Assembly: GCA_050179755.1 (NCBI GenBank)
Contig: JBFXEV010000001.1
Coordinates: forward strand, 1,321,994-1,385,993
Direction: 5' to 3'
Origin: Candidatus Babeliales bacterium
GTDB lineage: Bacteria > Babelota > Babeliae > Babelales > JBFXEV01
Length of the DNA stretch: 64,000 bases
Below the pieces are notes generated by a model that did no database searches, was not told the DNA's origin, and was given only the letters and a program-made list of their open reading frames with translations. Shown piece by piece: positions 1-10,704 of the stretch. How positions within the stretch are numbered: position 1 is the first letter of the stretch; every line of letters starts with the position of its first letter. A program made the position numbers and the translations under genes.

Positions 1-262
1 AATTACCTTTATCTACGCAATTTTAAATGCGTTTGCCCTGGAAAATCAGGGAAAATACGATACTGTGTTTGATTTGATTTTTAAACGAAACTTTTTCGAA
101 TTAATGACCTCAATCCTAAGGTAGGCAAAAACATATAAAAAGGCAAACGCCTTCATATATGTTATGTGAGCATTCACAAAAGATTACGTGTTACAAAATT
201 TGGAAAAGAAGCAAAAAAAAGAGTCACTATCAAAATTGATAATGCCTCTAATAAAATCAATG

Positions 263-337
263 TGGCTGGGGCGGAAGGGATCGAACCTCCGAATGTCCGG
301 ACCAAAACCGGATGCCTTACCACTTGGCTACGCCCCA
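263..337 (-). tRNA. tRNA-Gln(TTG)
   Basis: Reverse complement reads TGGGGCGTAGCCAAGTGGTAAGGCA-TCCGG-TTTTGGT-CCGGA-CATTCGGAGGTTCGATCCCTTCCGCCCCAGCCA; anticodon TTG, CCA end. Confidence 0.95.
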
Positions 338-359
338 ACAAAATTTTTCAAGATGCTTA

Positions 360-647
360 TTACTTACTCGGGGCTTTTTCTAACTTATCAAATTCCTCTA
401 CCACCATTTTTTCAATAAGCGTACGGGTTTCTGCGTTTAACGGATGTACAATATCACGGAATGAACCATCTTGCTTTTTGCGGGAAGGCATCGATATAAA
501 TAAGCCTTTTTCTCCCTCAATAATTTTCACATCGCGTACAATAATCCGAAGATTTGGTTCCCCGCTACTGCCAATTACAAACGTTGCATAGCCTTTAAGC
601 CTTCCAGTATCGCGTACCGGGTAGACCTTTACTTCAGTTATTTCCAT
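360..647 (-). CDS. spoVG: SpoVG family nucleic-acid-binding regulator
   Basis: MEITEVKV..LKGYATF..IIVRDVKIIEGEKGLFISMPSRKKQDGSFRDIVHPLN. Confidence 0.92.
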   Translation of the reverse strand: MEITEVKVYPVRDTGRLKGYATFVIGSSGEPNLRIIVRDVKIIEGEKGLFISMPSRKKQDGSFRDIVHPLNAETRTLIEKMVVEEFDKLEKAPSK

Positions 648-785
648 GACTGCTACCTTTGGCTTTAGTTCCTACTCTGACCATCCAAGAATTTACTACG
701 TCAAATCGGGATGAGCGGGAATATTAAAATCCCCCCTCTTTCGCCATTTAATGTACTAATTGAAAAAGGGTTTGTCAAACTTTTT

Positions 786-1694
786 TTAAGGTTTAATCTT
801 TTCAATCGCCCGTAATTTAGCTGACCGCGAGCTGGGGTTTTCTGCAAGCTCTTTTTCCCCTGCCACCACCACGCGCTCAGTCAAGACCACAAACTCTGAA
901 TTTTGCTCTTTTTCTCTCTCTCTAAAGTACTGTTTTACCAGCCTATCTTCAAGTGAATGAAAGCTAATGCACACGAGCCTGCCTCCAGGGGCAAGTAACC
1001 GAAGTGCAGCAGGCAAAAGAGCCTCAATTTGTTCAAGCTCATGATTAACCGCGATCCGCAGCGCCTGAAAAATTTTAGTAGCCGGGTGAATTTTACGCCC
1101 TGCCCGTGGCGTAATTTTCTCAAGCAAGTCTGCAAGCTGCTTGGTTGTTTTAAACGGCTTTTTTACTCGTTCTTTCAAAATAGCATCTACTATATGCCTT
1201 GATTTATATTCTTCGCCATACACGGTAAATATATGTTGCAATTCTTTTTCACTCGCATGATTTATTATCATAGCAGCAGTAGTCTTCTGGTGAGAAGGCG
1301 ACATGCGCATATCAAGCGGCGTGTCTATTGAAAATGAAAATCCTGGCCTGCTTTTAATTTGATACTGTGAAGTGCCAAAATCTGCCAAAATACCATCAAT
1401 ATGCGGCAATGCCAACGGTTTTAATTTTTGCTCAATCTGTGCAAAATTACTCCACACAAATTCCAGCCTATCTCCAAACTCTTCTTGCAGTTGTTCTCCA
1501 TTTAATTCAAATGCTTTCAAATCCCAATCCATTGCAATTACTCTGCAGGTTGGCTCTTTTAGAAGGATCGCGCGCGTGTGCCCGCCACCACCAAACGTAC
1601 AGTCTACATATATACCATTGGGTTGAGGATTAAGATAGGTAAGTACTTCTTCTACTAAAACGGGAATGTGATAGGTTTGTGCTGATGTATTCAT
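786..1694 (-). CDS. rsmH: 16S rRNA m4C1402 methyltransferase
   Basis: HIPVL, DCTFGGGGH, PLDMRM, HPATKIFQALRIAVN, ISFHSLEDRLVK, SRSAKLR. Confidence 0.97.
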   Translation of the reverse strand: MNTSAQTYHIPVLVEEVLTYLNPQPNGIYVDCTFGGGGHTRAILLKEPTCRVIAMDWDLKAFELNGEQLQEEFGDRLEFVWSNFAQIEQKLKPLALPHIDGILADFGTSQYQIKSRPGFSFSIDTPLDMRMSPSHQKTTAAMIINHASEKELQHIFTVYGEEYKSRHIVDAILKERVKKPFKTTKQLADLLEKITPRAGRKIHPATKIFQALRIAVNHELEQIEALLPAALRLLAPGGRLVCISFHSLEDRLVKQYFREREKEQNSEFVVLTERVVVAGEKELAENPSSRSAKLRAIEKIKP

Positions 1695-1760
1695 ATTTTT
1701 TAGTGTACCAGAGAAGCATAAAAAGGCGAGGATTCTTGTTCAAGAACCCTCCCGAACTAT

Positions 1761-1930
1761 CCGCTCGATATACCTTTCGATACATTCTTCTTCGCCTCGA
1801 GGCTCGAAGAACACTCAAGGCGAGCGGTTCTAAGACGTTTTTAATTCCGCTCACCCCTAGTGGTTCTCCCCCCGCTCGTCCTGAGCTTGTCGAAGGATAG
1901 TAAAGTAGGATTGTATTGAAGTCTTGAGCG
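1761..1930. repeat. REP-like palindromic repeat cluster (family A nested in family B)
   Basis: CCGCTCGTCCTGAGCTTGTCGAAGGA core; similar copies at about 10499-10527, 10600-10670 and 18591-18666. Confidence 0.8.
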
Positions 1931-1937
1931 ACTCAAT

Positions 1938-3368
1938 TTACTTATTTAAACCCACCTGCGTGTCTTTGCTTACTCCGGCGGACAGGCAAACTTCTTTTAC
2001 AAGCTGATCCAACTCAATAGCGCGTGAGCCTTTAACCAGCACTAACGAATTACCGTCAAGCTGCTTTAAAAGAACCTGCTTTGCTTCTTGCCAATTAGGC
2101 ACAAGCTCCACGTTCACACCAACTGGTATTGTTTTTTTGGTCCAAGCAACTTGCGTACCCACCAAAACTACTGATTGAAGTGATGGTATTTTGCGCAAGA
2201 ATCTGCCAAGTTGACGGTGCCAAAAGGGGCTAGTTGCTCCAAGCTCTGTCATATCACCTAATACTGCAATTTTTGTAGCAAGCGTGTCATAGCGTTCAAA
2301 GGCAAGCAATGCAGCCTTCATGCTTTCAGGGCTTGCATTATAAGAATCATTAATCATCATGCCTTTGTTGCCTATAAGCGGGCATGGATCAAAACGACCA
2401 GAAATAGAAATGTTTTCTTGAATACCTTGTACAATAATAGGTGCTGGAATATTAAGCAAATATGCACAAGCAGTTGCTGCAAGCGCATTATCTACCACAC
2501 CCTTAAGATGTGACGTTAATTTTACCTGATATTTCTCTTTATATAATTTAAGCACAAAATTAATATGCTGGCCGCTTTGATTTACTTTACGAGCTTGCAC
2601 TTGATTAGTTGTTTTTTGGCCAAACTTAATTACTGGATGATTATATGCTACATGTGAAAGCAATTTCTGATCACCATTCACTATGCCAATATTGTGCTCT
2701 TTAAAGAATGCAAATATTTCACGCTTTTCAGACGCAATATCAGAAAGAGAACCAAGGCCTTCCATATGACAGTGGCCTATAGCAGTAATTACCGCAATTG
2801 TTGGTTGTGCAATGGCAACAAGACGCCGCATTTCACCACGTTTATTAATACCAAGCTCAAAAACGGCAACTTCATGCTCAGAGCGCATACGTAATATATT
2901 TAATGAAACACCGATAACTGTATTTTGATTACCATAGGAAGCAAGATAATTTTTACCAGCAAGTGAAAGAATATGCGCAACACGTTCTTTTACCGATGTT
3001 TTACCAAACGATCCCGTAATACAAACTACTGGAATGTTAAATTGCGCACGCCATGCAGTTGCCAGAGCAAGTAATGCTTCTAGCGTATTTGGCACCACCA
3101 TAACACATAATTTTTTTAAGATGCTTGCATCAATTTTTTTTAAACAATCTTTTTTTGATTGCTCAATCATTAGGCCAGCCGCACCCTGCGCAATAGCTTG
3201 CTCAATAAAATCATGGCCATCAACCTTTGCACCTTTAAGTGCAATAAAAATTTCTCCCGCACTTATTTTACGGGAATCTACGCCAAATGTTTTTAAAATT
3301 GGAACTGGTTGATACAAAAAATTTATACCCGGTACCGCTTTAACAATAAATTCCTCATTCAAATGCAT
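1938..3368 (-). CDS. murF: UDP-MurNAc-tripeptide--D-Ala-D-Ala ligase
   Basis: DSRKI, ITGSFGKTSVKE, GNQNTVIG, NDSYNASPESM, LGDMTELG, VKGSR. Confidence 0.96.
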   Translation of the reverse strand: MHLNEEFIVKAVPGINFLYQPVPILKTFGVDSRKISAGEIFIALKGAKVDGHDFIEQAIAQGAAGLMIEQSKKDCLKKIDASILKKLCVMVVPNTLEALLALATAWRAQFNIPVVCITGSFGKTSVKERVAHILSLAGKNYLASYGNQNTVIGVSLNILRMRSEHEVAVFELGINKRGEMRRLVAIAQPTIAVITAIGHCHMEGLGSLSDIASEKREIFAFFKEHNIGIVNGDQKLLSHVAYNHPVIKFGQKTTNQVQARKVNQSGQHINFVLKLYKEKYQVKLTSHLKGVVDNALAATACAYLLNIPAPIIVQGIQENISISGRFDPCPLIGNKGMMINDSYNASPESMKAALLAFERYDTLATKIAVLGDMTELGATSPFWHRQLGRFLRKIPSLQSVVLVGTQVAWTKKTIPVGVNVELVPNWQEAKQVLLKQLDGNSLVLVKGSRAIELDQLVKEVCLSAGVSKDTQVGLNK

Positions 3369-3408
3369 GCATGTTCCCTAATGTTTTTGTGCTAGCTTAT
3401 ATCTTTAA

Positions 3409-5751
3409 TTAATTCTTAATAACTTTTCTCATTTTAGAGCCATCAGAAGGCATAATAAGGCCATCGGCTTCTAAAGTTTCCATAATGCGTGCTGATCTAT
3501 TATATCCTATTCTAAAGCGTCGCTGAAGTAAGGATATAGAAATCTGATCTGTTGATTTTACAAAACCAAGCACTTCTTCGTATAATGCATCATCTGCTTC
3601 AAGAAGCGAGCCTTTTTTTAATGGGAGCTCTTCTTGAATATCAAGATAGTGTGCAGGTTGTTGCGCACGAATATACTCAACTAATTTACTTACCTCTGCA
3701 TGGCCCACATATGCGCCATGTACACGCATAAGTGATGACGATGCGCTCAAAAATAGCATATCACCTTTTCCAAGTAACTTTTCAGCGCCTACGCAATCTA
3801 AAATAGTTCGCGAGTCAACTTTGGATATCACGCGAAATGAAATTCTACTCGGGAAATTAACTTTAATCAACCCTGTAATAACGTCTACCGATGGTCGTTG
3901 AGTTGCCACTATCATATGAATTCCCGCTGCACGTGCCATTTGTGCAATGCGTGCAATAAGCGCTTCAACTTCTTTTCCTGCAGTCATCATTAAGTCAGAA
4001 AGCTCATCAATCATTACTACAATATAGGGCATTGGTTCAAGATCATCTTGCATGGTACATAATTTTTGATAGGCAAGATGATTGCGCACGCCCACGCTCG
4101 CCATAATTTCATAGCGATCTTCCATAGTACGCACTACCCATTGCAAAACGGGACTTGCTGTTCTTGGGTCAGTAACTATGGGGAAAATAAGATGGCCAAT
4201 GTCTGCGTATGATGCAAATTCTAAACGTTTAGGATCAATTAATATCAATCGTAACTGCTGCGGCGTACACCGAAACAGCAAACTCATGAGCATAGTGTTT
4301 AATGCTACTGATTTACCAGAGCCCGTTGATCCTGCAACAAGCAAATGGGGCATATCAGCAAGATCAACAATTACCGGATTGCCCACTATGCCGTGACCAA
4401 GAATGAGTGGCAAATGACCGGCAAATTGTGCGTATGCTTTAGATTGTGTAATGGCAGACATGTGCACGGTTGCTCGATCTTTATTGGCAACTTCAAAACC
4501 TACCACAGATCTTCCTGGAATGGGTGCAATAATACGAATACTAACTGCCTCAAGCGCCATGGCAAGATCATCTTCAAGCGCCAAAATTTTACTTACTTTA
4601 GAATCTATATCCGGCTCATATTCAAACAATGTAATTACCGGACCGGGTTTAATAGCAACCACGTGCCCCGTAATGCCAAAGCGTGCTAATTTTTGTTCGA
4701 GCATGCGCGCACGGTGCTCGTGGAGCGCTTCATCATCTGCCGATTGCTTTTCTTGCTTTGAAGTGCCAAAATGCACAGGATTTGGCATAATATATTTTGT
4801 TTGTTCTTGATGCTGCACTTTTGTATCTCGCGCAATATGCACCAAGGGCGTTTGAATTTCTTTTCTTAGTTCTTTAAGCGCGGGCATTGCAGGCGGAATA
4901 ATCGCTCGCTCAAAAAGTTCAGTTTGCTCATCATAAGGTTGCCCTTGCACCGTGCGCCAAAATTGATTATCGGTGGTATCATTCACCACGTGCTCTACAA
5001 GCTCGCCAAATTCAAGTGGCACCGTATCGCGTTGTTCATCAATAAGTTTTCCTGAGAGCATGCTGCCTATGCGCTGCAAACATTTTCTAATTGCTGCGCA
5101 GCAACCGCTCAAACACGCAAATAAAAAACGCACAACCCGCGCGCAATACTGCTCGGCATATCCTACTGTTGTATCGTTAACCACATAACTTAACGCATGG
5201 CCTACTTTACGTAGTGGCCCCACCCATGCAAGGCGCGAAAGCAATACGCAACTTATGAATATAAACACATGTAACGAAAGAAAAACAATTGTAGGATCAG
5301 CAATCAGCAAAAATAATTTATAAGACATTCTGCCACAAATACCACCTGGCGCTACTACATAGAAAGGATCAAGTGCATAACTATGAAGCAATGCGCTAGT
5401 ACAAACAAGCAACATGCCCGCGGCAACAAAGCGATCAAATTCTGTACGCCAGGCAACGCTCGTTAAAAAAAAATACGCAACAAAACAAAAAACGAAAGGG
5501 ATAAGAAAAGAAGCAGAGCCAAAAAAATACATTAAAAGAGCGGCAAGTTGTGCACCAAACGCACCAAGCATATTATGTCGCTGAGTGACTTGAGAACGCA
5601 CAAAAAACCAAGAGGCGTCTTTGCTATCATATGAAAATAATGACAACGCAATAATAATTGCTGCACATAACAATGTTCCTGCTATCAAAAGCGCACTAAG
5701 CGAGTAACTTGCAATACGTATAGAACTATTTTGTTTTTCATATAACTTCAT
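3409..5751 (-). CDS. ftsK: DNA translocase FtsK/SpoIIIE with N-terminal TM domain
   Basis: MPHLLVAGSTGSGKS, IDPKRLE, ATQRPSVDVITG, gamma domain SLLQRRFRIGYNRSARI. Confidence 0.97.
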   Translation of the reverse strand: MKLYEKQNSSIRIASYSLSALLIAGTLLCAAIIIALSLFSYDSKDASWFFVRSQVTQRHNMLGAFGAQLAALLMYFFGSASFLIPFVFCFVAYFFLTSVAWRTEFDRFVAAGMLLVCTSALLHSYALDPFYVVAPGGICGRMSYKLFLLIADPTIVFLSLHVFIFISCVLLSRLAWVGPLRKVGHALSYVVNDTTVGYAEQYCARVVRFLFACLSGCCAAIRKCLQRIGSMLSGKLIDEQRDTVPLEFGELVEHVVNDTTDNQFWRTVQGQPYDEQTELFERAIIPPAMPALKELRKEIQTPLVHIARDTKVQHQEQTKYIMPNPVHFGTSKQEKQSADDEALHEHRARMLEQKLARFGITGHVVAIKPGPVITLFEYEPDIDSKVSKILALEDDLAMALEAVSIRIIAPIPGRSVVGFEVANKDRATVHMSAITQSKAYAQFAGHLPLILGHGIVGNPVIVDLADMPHLLVAGSTGSGKSVALNTMLMSLLFRCTPQQLRLILIDPKRLEFASYADIGHLIFPIVTDPRTASPVLQWVVRTMEDRYEIMASVGVRNHLAYQKLCTMQDDLEPMPYIVVMIDELSDLMMTAGKEVEALIARIAQMARAAGIHMIVATQRPSVDVITGLIKVNFPSRISFRVISKVDSRTILDCVGAEKLLGKGDMLFLSASSSLMRVHGAYVGHAEVSKLVEYIRAQQPAHYLDIQEELPLKKGSLLEADDALYEEVLGFVKSTDQISISLLQRRFRIGYNRSARIMETLEADGLIMPSDGSKMRKVIKN

Positions 5752-5870
5752 GTATGTACCTCATGACACTATTTTTACTACCACTCACACTTTTTTTAAT
5801 AGTATTATTTAGTATATCGATATCACAGAAAAAATGAATGCAATCATTGCAAGGCACATGGTATACCACT

Positions 5871-5939
5871 CGCCGTCGCTCTCAAAAAGAGAGCTATGGC
5901 GTAGTGTCACGCCGTAGTCCTATTAAGGCGAAGCCGGAC
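5871..5939. repeat. REP-like double hairpin (family C)
   Basis: CGCCGTCGCTCTC-AAAAA-GAGAGCTATGGCG..CGCCGTAG..GCGAAGCCGG; similar to 43465-43556. Confidence 0.6.
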
Positions 5940-5940
5940 T

Positions 5941-6735
5941 TCAAAAAAACGCAACAATACTCAAAGCTAAAGCGTACCACCCAAGCATCCACACACGATC
6001 TGTTCTCACCAAATACTGCATTAACCATAACCCAAAAAAGCCAACTATGCTTGCAATAATCATAAGAGAGCTATCACCTATTGTTATCATGCGCATGCCA
6101 TCTGATTTTTGCAAATCATAGAATCCTTTTATAAAACCTGCAACGCTAATAGGCCATTCAATTAAAAATGAAAGCTCAAATGCTTTTTGTGGCCGCATAC
6201 CAAGCCATCGTGCAGTGGTATACGTAATGCCAAGACGTGAAATACCAGGAAGTAATGCAAGCCCTTGCACAAAACCAAGTGCTGGCGCGGTGGTAATTGA
6301 CCACCCGCCCATATAATTACGTGGTGCATACCGCAAAGAAAATAATAATGCCGTAGTAATTGCATAACCAAGCCATAGCGGAAACCATGCAGTGCCTAGC
6401 GCACTCACTAAAAAATAAAGAACTGCAGTAACGCTCACCGTGATAAAACCAAGAAATAACATTTTAAAAAATTGCTTCCACAAACGTGTAATGTGCGTAA
6501 GCAAATACCACCAACGTGGCAAAAAAAATAATGCAACAAGTAGTGCTATGGGCAAATGCACTACGTGATCCAATGCTGCAGGTACAGTTTCTACAAAAGA
6601 TACGTTACATACTTTTTGTAAAATCGCTGCACATAACAACACGTGACCAGAGCTACTGACAGGCAAACCTTCGAGCGCAATTGGTAGTACCGTAGCACAT
6701 ATTCGATAAAATGATAACATCAAAAGCATCTCCAT
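5941..6735 (-). CDS. uppP: Undecaprenyl-diphosphate phosphatase (BacA family); start uncertain
   Basis: EGLPVSSSGH, QGLALLPGISRLG, AFELSFL, multiple TM segments. Confidence 0.9.
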   Translation of the reverse strand: MEMLLMLSFYRICATVLPIALEGLPVSSSGHVLLCAAILQKVCNVSFVETVPAALDHVVHLPIALLVALFFLPRWWYLLTHITRLWKQFFKMLFLGFITVSVTAVLYFLVSALGTAWFPLWLGYAITTALLFSLRYAPRNYMGGWSITTAPALGFVQGLALLPGISRLGITYTTARWLGMRPQKAFELSFLIEWPISVAGFIKGFYDLQKSDGMRMITIGDSSLMIIASIVGFFGLWLMQYLVRTDRVWMLGWYALALSIVAFF

Positions 6736-7002
6736 ACTTAATAATTTTCTTGAACTTTCTACGTAGCATAACAAAAACAAAACTAATGCGCGAGCAGTTT
6801 AAAATATTCCAAAAGATACTTTACAAGTAAGCTAAGACCTGGTAAAACTTTACAACGTGCCTTGAGCAGAAAGATGCAAAAAATGCACTCAACTTATTAG
6901 TACAACGAAAGGAGCAACAAGCACACACTTGCCATGATCATGGCTTACAACATCAATCATATTCATAATATTAATATAAGTTTTTGTGATCAGGAGTACC
7001 AC

Positions 7003-8688
7003 ATGAAACAATTTTTAAAACAGCTGTTAAGCATTGCGCTTGTAACAAGCGTATTTGCAATGCACGCAATGGATACCACAAATAGGCGCATATACGGACA
7101 CCCTTATTTTCAAGGTCGTTCACAAGGCGAAAACTTAGCGCGTAGATTAGTAGGCAACGCGCACGAACTCTATCGCTGCGATTTTGATTGCATTAACGGT
7201 GTGCTTGCAATTATTCCAGAATGGAGCCAAACCTCTAATCGTGATGAGCTGGGAGAATTTTTCTCATTCCGCGTACCAACAGTTCCTAATGCAAATAGCA
7301 TGAGTTTTCGTGGCAGCTTAGCTACCAATCCGCCATATGCACCCGCCAATACCGATGTGCTTGCAGAAAACTTTTTACTGCCAAGTACGTTTGATGGCAT
7401 AGCAACGCTCAAACCTCAAAAACAAGACTTTATTGCAGATATTAACTTTCGCCTTAACTTAGACGAATGGCTGTGTGGTCTTTATTTTGAAATAGATATT
7501 CCTATAAACTGGACGCGCTGGAATATGCATTTAGAAGAACGCCCTACAGCGCCACAACCAGGCGATATAGAGATTGTCGCTTCATTTACTGTTACCCCAG
7601 TAGCCCCATTTGTAGCGGAAGCACCAGTAGAAACAATTATTGAGGCATGGAGAGGCAACACAAACGGGCAATTAAGCTTTTTATCTTCTACAACCACCCT
7701 TGCTCCCAATCCAATAAGTATTACCATTCAAGAGATGATCTATGGTAAACTTGATGGATCACAAAGTAAGGCTGGTGTTGCTGATTTAAACTTTATTCTT
7801 GGCTACAACTTTTTCTGCAACGACTGCTACCACTTTGGTGCAAATCTACGCGCCACTGCGCCTACCGGAACACGGCCAGACGCCAAGTATTTATTTGAAC
7901 CAATAGTTGGTAACGGGCGGCACACAACGCTGGGCTTAGGATTAAACGGTCATGCAATCTTATGGGAAAATGGATGTGACCAATCGTTTAGCTTATGGTT
8001 TGACAGTGCGGTATATCATTTATTTAATGCAAAACAAACGCGTACGTTTGATTTAATTGGCAATGGTGTTGGTAGCAGATATTTGCTCTTTAAACGCTTT
8101 GCGCCAGATGAAGATGATGTGCCACAATTCACAGGAACCTTGGTGCCTGGACCAAATGTTACCACTATTGAAACCAAAGTAAAAATAAATGTTGCTGGTG
8201 AAGCAGTATTAATGTTTGATTATCAACGCTGTGGCTTTACCTTTGATGTGGGTTACGGCATTTGGGGAAGATCAAAAGAAAAGATCACGGCAACAAGCAG
8301 TATCGAACCAAGAACATTTGGTCTTCTTGGCGGCACCCCAATTGATAATGACGTTCCTAATTCAGACGATCCAAATCCAAATTTACCGGCAAATCGCACC
8401 AACAGTACGGTAAGAATCAATGGGCAAAATGCTTCAGCAGTTGGCGATGGACCAGCAGATGCTCCAGCAGTACCAGTATTTATATCTGTTGCAGATCTTG
8501 ATCTTGCGCGCGGTGCTGCACCATCAGCTCTTTCTCACAAAGTATTTACCCACCTTGGTTATACGTGGGAAGGCTGTGATTACTCGCCATTCTTTGGTGT
8601 AGGTGGTGAAGTTGAATTCTCTGGTAAACACAACAGTGCATTCAATCAGTGGGGCGTGTGGGCTAAAGGTGGCTTTGCATTCTCATAA
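7003..8688 (+). CDS. Putative outer-membrane beta-barrel protein, paralog 1
   Basis: AGGAG RBS before ATG 7003, signal peptide, RSQG..GNGRH..GSRYLLFKRF motifs, C-terminal WGVWAKGGFAFS beta-signal-like end. Confidence 0.75.
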   Translation: MKQFLKQLLSIALVTSVFAMHAMDTTNRRIYGHPYFQGRSQGENLARRLVGNAHELYRCDFDCINGVLAIIPEWSQTSNRDELGEFFSFRVPTVPNANSMSFRGSLATNPPYAPANTDVLAENFLLPSTFDGIATLKPQKQDFIADINFRLNLDEWLCGLYFEIDIPINWTRWNMHLEERPTAPQPGDIEIVASFTVTPVAPFVAEAPVETIIEAWRGNTNGQLSFLSSTTTLAPNPISITIQEMIYGKLDGSQSKAGVADLNFILGYNFFCNDCYHFGANLRATAPTGTRPDAKYLFEPIVGNGRHTTLGLGLNGHAILWENGCDQSFSLWFDSAVYHLFNAKQTRTFDLIGNGVGSRYLLFKRFAPDEDDVPQFTGTLVPGPNVTTIETKVKINVAGEAVLMFDYQRCGFTFDVGYGIWGRSKEKITATSSIEPRTFGLLGGTPIDNDVPNSDDPNPNLPANRTNSTVRINGQNASAVGDGPADAPAVPVFISVADLDLARGAAPSALSHKVFTHLGYTWEGCDYSPFFGVGGEVEFSGKHNSAFNQWGVWAKGGFAFS

Positions 8689-8739
8689 TAGTTACTTAAT
8701 GCATTTGTATTCTTTATAAAAGAAAACAAATGAAAAACC

Positions 8740-8785
8740 AGAAGGGGCTTTGTCATCTTTAAAGAAATGACAGGCCCCTTCTTCT
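8740..8785 (+). terminator. Stem-loop, likely terminator or attenuator after paralog 1
   Basis: AGAAGGGGCTTTGTCAT...ATGACAGGCCCCTTCT inverted repeat. Confidence 0.6.
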
Positions 8786-8850
8786 AAAGAAATATTTACG
8801 GTACAATAAAGTGAGAATTAAAAAACTAGTAAGAAAGCAACGCGAACAAC

Positions 8851-10482
8851 ATGAAACAAAATAGAGTATTAATGTGTGGCATTTTCTCACTCTATGCCAT
8901 TCTTTTTCATGTACCACAGACAATTAAATGTACTACTGTTGGTAAACCATTTTTAGCAACGCGCTCTCAAGGCAATAATTTAGTGCGCCGTCTTGTAGGT
9001 GAAATTCATGAATTGCTGCATTGTGGTAACACATGCAGGAATGGCATCATTTCTATAACTCCTGAATGGAGCCAAAATTTTAATACAAATGGATTAGGAA
9101 CTTATTTTTCTTTACGACCGAGCGCAAGAAATCAGGCAAACAGCATGAACTTTCGCGGCAGCCGAGCAGAAAATCCGCCATTCAGCCCAGAAAACACCAA
9201 CGTACTCGCTGAATACTTTTTGCTTGCAAGTAATTTTTCTGGCAATGTAACGTTGCACCCACATATTGAAAATTTTGTTACCGATATTAACATGCGCTTG
9301 AATCTCTATAATAGATTACCAGGTCTCTATTTTGAAATTGGCGTTCCTATCACCTGGACTCGCGCACACGTTGAACTTAAAGAAACGCCACCGGCAAATC
9401 CTGGAACCAATTTAGCAATACTTGCATCTAACAACCCTATCAACGCACCATTTGAAACACCTGCTCCTTTTTTTACCATAACAGAAGCATATAATGGAAT
9501 TCATGAACAACAAGAATTCATCTTCACAAGCCCTGGCGTTGATCCAATAACAATCACCATAGAAAATTTAAACTTTGCACGCATTAACGACAAACAAACT
9601 AAAAGTGGTGTTGCAGACGTTGAACTTGTGGCAGGATATAACCTACTTTGCAAAGAAAAATATCATTTTGCAGTCAACGCACGCTTGACGGTGCCAACCG
9701 GAAATCGTCCCGAAGCAGTATACGTATTTGAACCAATACTGGGAAATGGTCATCATCTACAAATCGGTGGCGGCATAAATGCACACGCAGTTGTGTGGCA
9801 TAATGGTTGTGATAGATCATGGCGCATTTGGTTTGATAGCGCCCTTTACTATGCATGCAGCACACGCCAAAAACGCACATTTGATATACAAGGCAGCGGC
9901 ATTGGTAGCAGATATTTATTATTGAAACGATTTGATGCTGCCGGCAATTTTGATAATGCTTTTATGCCAGGTCCAAATATTACCACGCTTGATGCAGACG
10001 TGAAAATAGGATTAACTGGCCAAGCAGTACTTTTGGCAGATTACCAACGTGGAGGGCTTACTGTAGACTTTGGCTACAGCATTTGGGGTAGAGAAAAAGA
10101 AAAAATTACCCTTGCACAAAATATTGTGCAAGGCACGTACGGCATTTGGGGTGGCACGCCCATTGATAATTTAATACCAGATGCAGCAAATCGCACAAAT
10201 AGCCAAACAACTATTAATGGTGTTAATTTTGTGACGGCCACTAATCCCGTATTTGATATGCCAAGTCCGCACACACTCTCTAATGCAAGCATTGATATTG
10301 CAAGCGCAGAATCTCCTGCAGCATGTTCCCATATTCTTTTTGCACATGTTTCATATGCATGGCGAAAACGCCATATTACACCGCTTATTGGCGTTGGTGG
10401 ACAAGTTGAGCTTTCTGGAAAACAAAACAATGCATTGAATATGTGGAGCGTGTGGATGAAAATGGGGTTAGCATGGTTTTAG
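8851..10482 (+). CDS. Putative outer-membrane beta-barrel protein, paralog 2
   Basis: Same motifs (RSQGNNLVRRLVG, FEPILGNGHH, GSRYLLLKRF, GGTPIDN); ends KMGLAWF. Confidence 0.75.
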   Translation: MKQNRVLMCGIFSLYAILFHVPQTIKCTTVGKPFLATRSQGNNLVRRLVGEIHELLHCGNTCRNGIISITPEWSQNFNTNGLGTYFSLRPSARNQANSMNFRGSRAENPPFSPENTNVLAEYFLLASNFSGNVTLHPHIENFVTDINMRLNLYNRLPGLYFEIGVPITWTRAHVELKETPPANPGTNLAILASNNPINAPFETPAPFFTITEAYNGIHEQQEFIFTSPGVDPITITIENLNFARINDKQTKSGVADVELVAGYNLLCKEKYHFAVNARLTVPTGNRPEAVYVFEPILGNGHHLQIGGGINAHAVVWHNGCDRSWRIWFDSALYYACSTRQKRTFDIQGSGIGSRYLLLKRFDAAGNFDNAFMPGPNITTLDADVKIGLTGQAVLLADYQRGGLTVDFGYSIWGREKEKITLAQNIVQGTYGIWGGTPIDNLIPDAANRTNSQTTINGVNFVTATNPVFDMPSPHTLSNASIDIASAESPAACSHILFAHVSYAWRKRHITPLIGVGGQVELSGKQNNALNMWSVWMKMGLAWF

Positions 10483-10498
10483 TCTATTTATCGCTCAT

Positions 10499-10670
10499 AT
10501 CCTTCGACAGGCTCAGGAAGAGCGGGATAAAGCAATTTACATTGAGTATGATCAATGAGAATAAACAGACCGCTTACGCCTATGCCAAGGCTCCGGCGCA
10601 CAAGCATCTTGATTGTTCTTCGCCCGCTCATCCTGAGCTTGTCGAAGGATGGCTAAGAAGAATGTATCGA
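10499..10670. repeat. REP-like repeat cluster: inverted family A pair, family C and family B
   Basis: ATCCTTCGACAGGCTCAGGAAGAGCGG ... CCGCTCATCCTGAGCTTGTCGAAGGAT...AGAATGTATCGAAA. Confidence 0.75.
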
Positions 10671-10704
10671 AATATAAAGCGAGCCAATAATAAAGGATAA
10701 CAAC

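Noticed and set aside
166..591. Plus-strand ORFs of 141 and 76 aa
   Set aside because: Antisense to tRNA-Gln and spoVG; shadow ORFs.
1630..1900. Short ORFs ending (R/H)PELVEG (also 10443-10700 and 18613-18816)
   Set aside because: These are translations of the REP-like repeat CCTGAGCTTGTCGAAGG, not a protein family.
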